The notes beneath the pieces were generated by a model that was not told where the DNA came from, did not search any database, and was given only the letters and a program-made list of their open reading frames with translations. A program made the position numbers and the translations under genes. DNA of 64,000 bases from Podarcis melisellensis (Eukaryota), in assembly GCA_964234715.1 (NCBI GenBank), contig OZ174280.1; one strand, given 5' to 3'. Numbering within the stretch: the stretch's first letter is position 1; every line of letters begins with the position of its first letter. This document shows positions 29,085 through 41,000 of the stretch, in pieces.

Positions 29085-32000
29085 TCAGGCTGTGTTAAAG
29101 CACTTTATTCATTTATAAATACTGTTGTGTTTACAAGCATCATAGATGTGAATATTATCCCCAAACGTTCAAACATATACTTAGAATACTATATAACAAT
29201 CAAGAAAACAAAAACCATTCATCTCAAGAGTTTGAAAGGCCACTCAAAAAATTGCATAAAAATACATTCTTTCTCATCACTCACAGGCTAGTCTTTTCTC
29301 CAAGTAGTGTATTTACAACAATCTGTAAAACTCTCCTTAAAACAGGTAAGTACAGAATACTTGCAGCTTGGGAAGTTAGCGAGCCAAGTGCATAACACCA
29401 CTCTTTTCCACGAGTTAGCATTTGCAGAGGGGACTTGTTACTAGATTCCTCAACAACATGAGGGAAGCAAGGGGAGGGGACAACACAAGAGGCCCTGTGG
29501 CAACAGCTCAGGCTGTGCTGTTTTTCGAGAGCATTTACTGAGAACACTCTGAAAGTCACATACGCCAAGGGTCCGATTTGCCCCAGGAAAAGAGAGAACA
29601 GTTGTCAGGGGAAAGGAACAGAGGAAGAAAAGAATTGCCCCTAGGAATTGGGTTAAATTTCACCTGTGAGCTGCTTGTGGAGTTAATCTTTGTAAAAAGC
29701 CCTTCATGGAACATGCTACTTCTAGGAGAATCATGCAAAAGGATTTCCAAACATGAAGGTGATCATGATCCAAACCTAAGTCACTCAGGGAAAAGGCCTT
29801 GGGGAGTCTGCTAGCTTGAAATAAACTTAAAATTGCCTTTTGAAACAGGCCCCTTAACATCGCTGAAGGAAGGAATACATCCAAAAATGCTGGACTTTGA
29901 GTTGAGAAGCTGCCTTGGGCAACAGGTGGGCTAATATGGCAGGAGTGAAGTAGAATAAAGGAAAACAAAGATGAAAGTAGGGGGCATCAGTGTGAGTGCA
30001 AAGGACAAATTTCTATCTCAGGGTAGGCGGGGGGAGAGATTTCTGCCTTCTGACTCGCTTGCAAGGAGTCCCAGCAAAACATGATTACTCTCAGATACAG
30101 ATGAACACCCATTCAAAAAAATTGGAGACATGTTTGTTAAGGAGAATCTGCATTTGAATCAAAGTGGGAATTTGGAAGTCGTCCGGAAACGTGCTAAGAC
30201 CCTGCTCACAAACAGCTCTCTAATTCAGAAAGAATTATAGTGGTTATGGGGGAAAGCAAACATGATACAGTAGAAATCATCTCTCAAGTATATTTTGATT
30301 TCAATCATGATTTCTATTCACTGTCAGTAAATCCCAGGCCTTGGCGACCTACCATCACCTGGTAATGGCAGAATTGGCAGGGCAGGGGAGAGATATTCAG
30401 TCAATATCCTTTGTGGCGGAAAGGACTACATTCTGCACTTTACCATCTACAGGCATACGTTAAGCTCACCAGCCTTGGGAACAGACTAGCTATTCCCTAA
30501 TGAAAAACAACTGTTAAGTCTCCCAAGCACAGTCAGGGAGTTGCATACGATTTGACCTATTGGCAAATATCATCATGGTGGGGTCTTATCTTTCCTGGTT
30601 ATCCCATGAGAATAAGACTTTTAAATGCTAATGAACAACCACCGACTGGATTGTATCCACAGCCCTTAAAAGAAGTCAGTCCTATGGCATCAAATACTTT
30701 GCTATCAGATTTCTATAGACTGGCTTCTGATAATAATTATTCCTATGTGGACTAGAAACCACCAATAAATCTGAAATTAGCTGATTTGATAAAACACAGT
30801 GCACTCTTAAACCCTGACTTACTGAAGATGACTGACTGAATTATATCTGGTCAGATCTCTAGAGTCATTCTTTAATTCCTTCCATTAACAGTAAATCAAT
30901 ATGGACAGTGCACAGATGCTGCACCATCAGCTGTCACAAAATACAGATCAAATCAAGTACACATGCTCTTGCAGCTCTAAATCTACCCCCCACTTAAAAT
31001 TCCATTTCCATTCCACTGGTTAAGAGTTCTCTGCATATGACAGCTGTTCATCCATATTATTCATGTTGCATTTTAGCAGTACAACACAACCTCCTTTAAT
31101 GCAAGGCATTCAACCACAATATGTCAGCTCTCAATACTACTTCTGTATCTGCATTTGTTTCCTTCAACTTGGCCCTTTTCGCATGCCTCTAGCTTCTTCT
31201 GAAACTTTGCTTCAGACCAACAAGCCACCGCACATAAAGCTCGCATTCACAATTTGCAAGCAATGAAACCCGCTCCTTCCTTACTCCAAGCTCTGCTTCT
31301 TATATCAAAAAAGTTGCACAGGAACTTCAACACAGATGCGGAAGAGGTTTCTAAGACCTTCGACATGCAAGTACGTCTTAGGATGTACACTGAGCTGTAG
31401 AAGCTTCTGGGAGTAAGAAAGCAGTAAGGGAGAAGAGTTTAAAGAAAAACCACCCAGTGCCTTCCAGTTAAAAGCTCTCACAGCTCACAGAATAAACTTG
31501 CAGTGCTTTCTCCGCATAATTTCTACTTTATGTAGAGAATATTCTAGCAGACTTCACAATTATAACTAACATTATATAAAATCCATTGGAACACTAAAAC
31601 GCACCAGTACAAAGCAATCATAATTCAGTAGCAGTAATATTTTCTCTCTGGGTTTTCTTAAAAACTGGCATGAATTTGCTTATGAGTGGACTGTCCTGAA
31701 TTGTCTACTCCCTTGGTTAAAACATTATATTAAAATAATAGCCTGCATTTGAACAATCATATATCAGCTTAATCAATCAAGATATGATTTTGCTCCTGTA
31801 CACAACCCCTCGGCTGCTCCCTTTTGAGTGAGTTGTGTTTCAGCAAGGGCCTCTATTTACCAGTGTTTTCCAGTTTGTGAAACTACGGCTACCAGCTTTG
31901 GAACAAGACAGGATTGTCAAACCAAATTCAAACTAAGATTTAAGATTCAGGCTTTCCCCCAAGTTATTCCTGGTTTAGTCACAGCTTGGACAAAATAACA

Positions 32001-34981
32001 GCATGATTGGGGGGGGGGCAAGAACTCTCATTCATACCTCAGTTTTTTAAGGTGAGGTGGTTGTCCAATCCAGGCCAGTGTTAAGTTTAATACTGGAATA
32101 AAAATGGGTTCTCAGGTGATTGGTTTAGGGAAGCCTTACTATGGAAGACAAAGCTATGTATTAAAATAAGTAAAAAATTGATCCTCTGTTACATGACATG
32201 AAGCCCAGAATGTCAAGACACAGGATACTTGGAGGACAACACTGGTATCGGCGGCCCCCAAAAATAATCTGCTTAAGCAACTTTCAGTAGCACTAGCTAT
32301 CATAGTGTTTTGGCTTGTCAACAGGATTAATTTGCTCACGTAATTTCAGGCTGGACAGAATTCAAGTTTAAATATCAAATCCCAACGTTAAAAAGGCTCA
32401 ACTTCATAGGTCACCATCCTTCATGCTGTATCAATGTGGCCATCTGTGGTCCTTCAGATGCTGCTGGAGTCCAACTCCCACCGTCCCTGGCCATGTTGTG
32501 TGGGGCTGGGGGGAACTGGAGCCCTCCAACTTCTGCAGGGCCACAGGCAAGCCATCCTTGCTGCATTAGCCACCATAGTCTGTGTCTTTTAAGGTCCGCA
32601 CAATGAAACTGTGATATATGCTTAACCCACTGTATGCTAAGTGAGAACTGGCAACAGGAGAATGTAGGGATCATTACAGAATGGACCATAAGCACCAGAC
32701 GCTTGCTCCTTCTGTGCTGTTAAATGATTATTCATGGCAAAGTCTGAAAAAGTTCAGCCAAATACTCTCACTGGTGTAAAATCAGATAGACTGGTGAGCT
32801 AGAATGCTTGAGCTGGAAGATACCACTCACAGAGATCAGTGCATGTTGTGGCCAGTATAAAACAACCCCCACAAGCCTATCTAGCTCTGAAACAAGGTTG
32901 GTAGGAAGGTAACTGTTGAAGAAAAGGACTGGATGTAAGAAAAGCAACACATAAAATTAGGAGAGTATAAGAGGTTGTACCAGATAATTTATCTGACCCA
33001 TCCAGAATCCTGACTATCTGCTGTTCTTAAAATGAAACATAATGTCAGAAAATATTTCTGGTGCTTCGTTCTTTTTTTAAACAATAGTTTGCTAGGAACT
33101 CGGAGTTTACCTTGTTTCTGTTCAAAGGGATAAGCTATGTTCACCATAGTAGAAGCCTGAATTAGTCTTTTGAGATGCTTCTATGCAAAGATGATATCCA
33201 CTGGTTATTAACTGAATTCATACAGTTCAACTCAGAAACGGAGTGCAAACATATGGAGTCTCCATATTTTAGAGAAACAGATTTCTAATCGTGCAATGGG
33301 ACTTCAATGTCCTCTCCTTCCTTCTGAAGTCGCTGGTATGCCGTCAAACCTGCTCAAGGGTTGGGGGGCCCCTCTGGAGATTCTGAGAGTGCATGGGGGT
33401 AAGAAAGGAAGATGAAGTCTTGCTGAGTCTCTTTGCACAATTCTGTCTTCATCTCAGAGCTGATCCATAACTGATCAAAAAAGCACCTTCCCCTTTGATA
33501 AATGCTGAACGAAATGTCTGAATTTCTACTGCTCACTTGTATGCTTTCAAGAGTAGTTATTCTCAGATCCCAAAGCTCCTTATTTTAAATAATTGTGAGA
33601 ATTAAAAGAATGCAGGGAAAGAACAGAGCAAGTCCACTGGCAAGTTGCCATATTGACAGGAAATCTCTGTAACATGTTCTGCAGATGAAAACTGGTGCTC
33701 TGTAGTATCCAGAAGAAGAGAGCGTGCAAATTAGTTACATCATGATAACCCATAAACACGAATTCGTTCATTTCCAGTATGCACAGAAATGGTTTTTTGA
33801 GAAATGTAAGGTCCTGCTGTTGATGCCCTCATTAAATGCAAATTCATGTCTTACAACTGTGCAAATTATCATGGTATCAAAATTCTCAGACATCATAGAA
33901 TGCTACTGCAAAGACTTTCCACCAAGATTGAGGCTCATCATTTTCCACAGGGATATGAACATCTATCCATCATCCCTCAAACCTTGCTGATGTTAAAACT
34001 GAGAACACTCACCTATTCAACGGAATGCGTATCTATTGGCAAGTTAACATAAATGTGATTTGTTTGCCCAGGTCTTTTGTGAGGTTTTTCATGTAGAAAA
34101 ACCAAACATCTTGCTAATAAAGAAGTATTTTGGCATTGTGTCTATGAGATTTCATTCAATAAGCACTTTTTGCTGGTTAGCTCTCTTTCCACCAGAAGTC
34201 TTGAAAAATCAAGGGGCAAACTGTTAGCCAAAGAATGCAGAGGCTGTGAGATTGCGTTATTATTAAACAGTACAAAAAAAGGCACCCATGGAGAAAACAG
34301 CAAGAACCATCAAAGCGTAGCAGGCAAAAGTGAAGCAAAACAGTAGAGAACCAGTGATTGGATCCCCAAATTAAATTATCAAAAATCTTACATTAAATAA
34401 ATCAGCTACTGAGACACATAGAAAACACGAATCTCCAAGCCAAGTGACTGTTGTCAGACTCCCAGAGAAATAAGTCATCATGGCTTTCACCAGCACCGCA
34501 GACTTCCAAATTCCAGAATGAAGATTGATAAATCCTCAGTGGCAATTCCTAGTTTCACTCATTATTCCTACTCCAAGACAGTATCTTAAGACATGTTGGG
34601 TCAACGCTATGGAGTCACTTCTATATCACTTATTACAGTAGATTCTTCTTTACATCAGATTATGGTGGACGGTTATGGAGCTTACAGCAGATCGTTTGGG
34701 CAGCTCAGACAGTGCCAACCCAGTCTTTGTCCCTTCAAATGAGTTACTTCAACATTCCAAAAATATTAAAACATGGCGGGGCATGCTGTGTTGGGGGGAA
34801 GGATAAGCACTGTGCAATATGGGAATGCCTAGCAAGGTGCAAAGAGCAGTGAAGGGTGGGGCTAGCTGATCCGTGTCTGAAATGCCAGCTGCTCTTTCAA
34901 CTGGAAGATCAGAAGCAGGTGGCAGGGTTGGCAGCATGTGCACAAATATCTCCTCTTTCTGCCCATCCTATGTTCAATATA
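29085..34981 (-). other. PPP1R12B: Probable PPP1R12B 3'UTR (~5.9 kb) ending near AATAAA at 29104-29109 (minus strand)
   Basis: TTTATT on the plus strand preceded (in minus sense) by U/GU-rich UTR-type sequence; the end position is inferred. Confidence 0.6.
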
Positions 34982-35068
34982 CTACTTCGAGAGTTTACTG
35001 ATGACACGGATGAGGGCTCCATTTTCATCTTTCAGCCGCTGATTGTCGGACTTCAGTTCTGTCAAAAC
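34982..35068 (-). CDS. PPP1R12B: PPP1R12B terminal leucine-zipper exon ([28 protein letters not shown])
   Basis: gtctttgaacag acceptor; canonical MYPT-family LZ; TAG at 34982-34984. Confidence 0.97.
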   Translation of the reverse strand, partial: VLTELKSDNQRLKDENGALIRVISKLSK

Positions 35069-38000
35069 CTGTTCAAAGACAAGATCCAAACAATTCAGTA
35101 TTGGTTGTCCTGAAATTCCTATTCAGCTCTGGTGGGGGAGAAACACACGACCACTCAAACATTACTAATGTTAATCGAAAATGGATTTGAGCTCAAAAGC
35201 AACTAAGCCACACCAACGAAGTGTATCAGTTTCATATTCATATCTCTAAGATTAAACATGAATTTGACTCTTCCAATCTCACATACACAGAGCAGCATCT
35301 ACTTGAGTATGTTAGATTAGACGTCACACTCGTGGACGACAATTGTAAGCCCAGGAAATTATACCCAGAAATATTATGAGAAAGAAGTACATTTTGGAGA
35401 ACAATTGCAATCTAGCACAACTTGAAAGGCATTTCGTCCTGGAAAATGCTACTTGCACTCTTTCGCTTTACTTCACTTTGGGAAATGCACTTGCCTTGTA
35501 GCATTGTTCCTTCACACCTGGATAAACCCCATGCAAAAGAAATCTCTCACTTTTAAACTCAGAAGGGAAAGTTGCATACTTTCAGAAAACTTAGGGTTGG
35601 TTCACACATTATACTTCCATGTGCAGAGTCACAATTACAGCCCAACAGTGGGGTTGGGTGGGATTTCTGTTACATGCTTTGTGCCTCTATTAATGTCTTT
35701 TTCAACATATGCAAGCAACAGTCAAGAAGGGATACTTTGCTCACAAGGTCTCGGTATTATCATGCACATTTATGATTCAAATCTATCCTTGCACCCCACC
35801 CACACCAGTGACTTAGGAAGCAGCAATTTATGCAGGTGGATTCACTTTTGGAAAGTGTTGGTAACATCCAGCCAGTAGTTTTTCCATTGACAGGAGGCAC
35901 CCAATTACCGTATTTTTTGCTCCATAACACTCACTTTCTTCCTCCTAGAAAGTAAGGGGAAATGTCTGTGCGTGTTATGGAGCGAATGCCTATGGATGGC
36001 GGGGGGGATCTGCTGCAGTCATGAGCAGAGGATCCATGGTTCCCCTTCCTTCCCTCCTCTGTGGCTCGCTTTGAAACAGCAAAGCGGAAGAAGAGCCACT
36101 GAGTGGGGAGGAGAGAGGGACAGAGAGCCTGCTTGCTTTAAAGGAGCAAAGTGGGAGAGGAGAGGAGCCTTCTCCTCTTATACCCCTCGTCTGCATTATT
36201 AGCAGCATCCTTCTCCACACACCCCACGCGTGCTCCTTGTCCCTTGAGTGCTTTTCCTTCCCTCCCCCCTTAAAATGTGGTTACAAAGCACGGATCTACA
36301 TGGATCCTCAGGATTTTTGCACTGGGTCACCCAAATTCACCATCAGATCACATAGCATGTCCATGGCTACAGCTTGCACCAAAAAAATCATGCACCCACT
36401 ATTGCTTGGGGCCACAGTGGTGCAAAAACGTGGTTACAAAGCATGGCTCCACATGGATCCTCAGGATTTTTGCATTGGGCTACCCCAAACTCACCGTCAG
36501 ATCACGTCTGTGGCCACAGCATGAACAAAAAAAAATCATACATCCACTGTTTCGTTTAGAATATTTTTTTCTTGTTTTCCTCCTCTAAAAACTATGTGCG
36601 TGTTATGGTCGGGTGCGTGTTATAGAGCGAAAAATACAGTATGTTTCGGGCAAGTTATGAAATACTAGCAGCTTCATACCCGGCATTGCTCAGGAAACAA
36701 AACAAAACAAAACAAAAAACCAGAGCAGTTTTGAAAGGTTCCGTCTGCATCTTGATTCAAAATGGCATCCAGTTGCATCTCAACGCAGATGAAAGCCTAC
36801 TTCTTGATCTCAGGAACAACTAATCAAAATATACAGTAGATCATAGACCAAAACTGGGCTCTTTAAATAAAATAAAATATCTCTTTGATTAATAACTAAT
36901 TTACGAGATAAAAGTTTTGTTTTAAATGAAATATCTTTATATATTGCATTAAAAGTAAGGGTTAGTACTGGGTGCCTAGAAACGCTAAGTGATTTGGGGC
37001 AAGGGCAACCAAGAGTGATCTATTTTGGGCCATGGCTTAAGTCTGGAATTCCTATGCCTTTACTAATTGAGGTATGCAGCACATGGTTAATTATGACAGC
37101 TTGCTTTCCAGACTCCTGAGCATTTTGCCAGCCCCTCAAGCTCCCAGGAATTCCTAGAGGTTGGCCTCTGTTGAAATAAATGACCAGGTGCCTGGCCTGA
37201 TCAGGGATATTGAAATGATGCACAACCTCTAGCCCAGGGAGAAGAGACTAGGTCAAGATAAAGCCACAAAGGACACTCCAACCATGGCAGAAGCGGGAGG
37301 TGGGCTATGTTGTGTGCACCTTTCTGCACACAGATTTATTGGGAGCCTGTTGCTTATGGGAATACATGACTGACAGCTTGCTGACCTTGCTATTTTGACA
37401 CAGGATAGAATAAGAAGTACACACACTCTCCTCCATCCATGCCAATGTGGTGACCCTTTGACCTAGCCTAGCAATGAGAAGGGTAAAGAGGTACAATCCC
37501 AAATCCTGTTCAGTGTTTCAATTTTTATACAGTACTTGGCATTCTGAATATTTAGAAAGGCAACCACCACAGATTTACTGTCAATACTGGAGTGACAAAC
37601 TTTATGATTTGCTACAGGTAACTGAGATGCTGCAAATTTAGGACATTTTGCAACAGATGTAGTCACATTTATTTGACCATTCAGTAGCAACAAAACCTTA
37701 ATGGTGAGGTATTTCATCCCAGGTTCGCAAAGTTCTTTAATATTTGCTTGGAAATTGCCAAAAATTGCAAGCAGAGATTGGAATGGTATTGGATTTATAA
37801 AATCAGCATTCAACTTTTCTCTTTGTGGGGCCTGAATATGCAAATAGGTTTCCGGTATAAAAATGATAGCTGAACTTCATAGTTTCATCCTGAGCTTCAC
37901 ACGATGGTGTCAATAGTTAATGTTATATAGGTAGTTATAGGATGAGCCTGCAAACAACAGTCAGACATACACTTTCTAGAATGTCTCAAGCAACTTTGAC

Positions 38001-41000
38001 AAGTACAACCATTATTTTCATTTTATAATAGGAAAGCAAGGCCCAAGTGAGATTATTAACAAAACATGGGGTGTCAGAACAAGTTCTACCATCAGTCCAA
38101 TGGCATCCTTCAGTAGTTCCTTCAAAGCAAATTAGCCCAAACATGAGAGATGACTGGTCTAACTAGGGCAAGGAGGACAAAAAGATTAATGTGTAATTTA
38201 CTACACAACACATCTGGTGTTCCCCAAAACTATTATGCAGGATTCACTACATGATATCCATTAAAAACATTCACACTAAACACAAGCTATGAAAATATAT
38301 GTATGGGGGGAATCAACTAGCTTTAGTGGTGTTTCCATGAATACCCAGAAAAGCACTTTTCTGCATGTACAGTACAAATGTAGATCCCAGGTATATTAAG
38401 TAATACAACTGTGAAATAGAAGACAATGTGCCTGAATGGTATGTCCCTGTAATGTTTAGCATCTGCAAAGAAACATGGTACCTTATAGTGACATTTCAGT
38501 CAGATGAATTGCAGCATACAGGGAAAAAGTATCGAAGGACCAAATCTTTGCTTTGTTGCTTCACTGAAGCAAGTTCTCAAGAGAAAAAAAAGACTTACAC
38601 TTTTGCATTAGAGCTGCTATATGTAGCAAGCATAGCATGCCAACCTATAAGACATCGAGCACATAAAACAAACACCGTGTGGAACTTTAAAAGCTTCAGG
38701 AGAGCTCAAAGCATCAGTAAAGAACATCATAACAAAACAATTGGTTTTATTTTGTTCATGTGTGCTTTGCAAAAAGCCATCCTAACTAGGTAGAATCTTT
38801 ATAGTGTTGGGAAAACCTGAGGCATTCTTGCTTTACTGGGGGCCACTCAATTTTTTCCCCACTCACATAGGCCTGACCTCTGACAAAGGCATCAATACTC
38901 ATATCTTCCATGAAGCTATCTAGTCCTTAAAAAACAACAACCTATACCTACTTTTTTTGATGAACACATATCATTTATAAGCTTTACTATTCAAAAATGG
39001 CTTTCTTTAAATAAAAATGCTGCATGTTCTTTAATTTGTTGCCCCCCCCAATATTTAGTATTTTTTTGGGGGGGGAATAGTTATCTGTGTGGTATGAAAA
39101 TTTTGTAATAAATAAACAAACATGAGGACTTGGATCTTTGTTTTGCAGTTTCCGGTACTTTCTCTCTCACAACTTACATGCACAATTAGCAGAAAAAGCT
39201 TTAAAAAGGTAAAGGGACCCCTGACCATTAGGTCCAGTCGTGACAGACTCTGGGGTTGCGGTGCTCATTTCACTTTATTGGCCAAGGGAGCCGGCGTACA
39301 GCTTCCGGGTCACGTGGCCAGCATGACTAAGCTGCTTCTGGCGAACCAGAGCAGTGCACGGAAGCGCCGTTTAAGTTCCCGCTGGAGCGCTACCTATTTA
39401 TCTACTTGCACTTTGACATGCTTTCGAACTGCTAGGTTGGCAGGAGCAGGGACCAAGCAACGGGAGCCCACCCTCTCGCAGGGATTCGAACCGTCGACCT
39501 TCTGATAGGCAAGTCCTAGGCTCTGTGGTTTAACTCACAGTGCCACCCGTGTCCCGCCGTCTAAAAGCTTTAGATCCTTACAAAAGCACAGCTAGAATAC
39601 AACCTACCTCCCCAATGACAAAACTCTGTTTTTTTAACATTGCTGGATTACATCGGTGTTAGCTCACACCAGATACTACACCATTTCATAAAAATATTCA
39701 ATACAAACCCATCTTTAACACTGCGCCGTATGTCCCAGTTCTGATCACTTACATATATTTTGTTAGTATTAATGATATCCTACATTTACCTTCAGAACTG
39801 CATTATTCTTTTTCACAGTCATGGAAACCAGGTGGCTGGACTTTTGTGTGTTTGTTCTGCCTCTTTCATTCATCCAGTGCTTACCCAACAATGCTTTAAA
39901 AAGGCAAAATAAAGCCTGGCCGAAACTATTATTAGGCTGGTGATCATCCTGAGATGCAGAACCCATATGGGGGAAATGTATACCTGAAAAGAAGTGACTG
40001 AAGTACCTTGTACGCATTAGAAATGCAAAGTTTAGTATATGAACAGGCAGTGTCTTCCATACTGCTATTTGAGTGTCACGCTCCTTATCTGCCACATTTA
40101 GAAAGAATGTAGAAAGGGTAGGGAATAGCTCAGTCAGACAATAAGAGCAAAGACCTGCCTGGAAGATTGGAAGGAGAGGAGAGATCAACTGGAGGGGGAG
40201 ATGCTATAGCTCTTCTGACTCTGGGGTCTCAGCGGATTGCGAGAGCCTGGCTACAACCCGGGTCAAAGCCCTGTTTTCGGCCAGCAGCTGCTCATTCATC
40301 TGCCTCAAAGTGTGAATCTGTTTGAGCTGGTGAAGGTTCTGCAAAGTGAGACATGGAGGAGATAGACAAAGACAAAACAGAGAATATAAAACAGCACAGA
40401 AACATGAATTCAATTGGCAAGCAAGAAAAAAAGAAGAGCAGCAACGAGAGGTGGAGAGCAGTGAAAGCACAGAAGAAGCTGGACAACATACTAAAGCACT
40501 AGACCAACCAAAAAAGAAACCACAGAGAATGCTGTTTATTCTCTTAAGGCTTGAACCTAACCAAGTTTCAAATTTAATGAAACACCATAAAGGTGACAAA
40601 TTATAGCTCTTAAATGGAGTGAGAAACTTCACCATGGCGGAAAACCACATCAGGAAAACCTTGCGCACAGCACTTTTAAAGTCCTTTTGCAAGGTACTGA
40701 CGGATGACTAATGCTGGTTGGAAGAGAACCAATAGGGCAATTACGTATCTTTATAAAAGCTTTATATGACCCACATCCCAGCCAAAGTGGCTTTGCATAG
40801 CAAAAGGGGATAGTTCTAGCAGCTGAAGTAAACTGCTTTAAAATGAGTCTAATGCTAGCCTTCGCTTTACAACATGTGGTAGTATTTGCAGTGGAAAGGG
40901 AAACTGGTTTGTACAATGCTGAATATTGTCACAATACACAACTCTTATAGCCTTTGCAGTCTGTTAGTGTCCCCGTGCTGAATTTGTGCTCCACAATTTA

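Noticed and set aside
36276-36505. Spaced direct repeats (CRISPR-like)
   Set aside because: A two-unit internal duplication of a MITE in a vertebrate genome; no array and no cas genes.
40339-40692. N-terminal part of the 162-aa ORF 40204-40692
   Set aside because: Only 40204-40338 is exon; the rest is an intronic pyrimidine tract that happens to lack stops.
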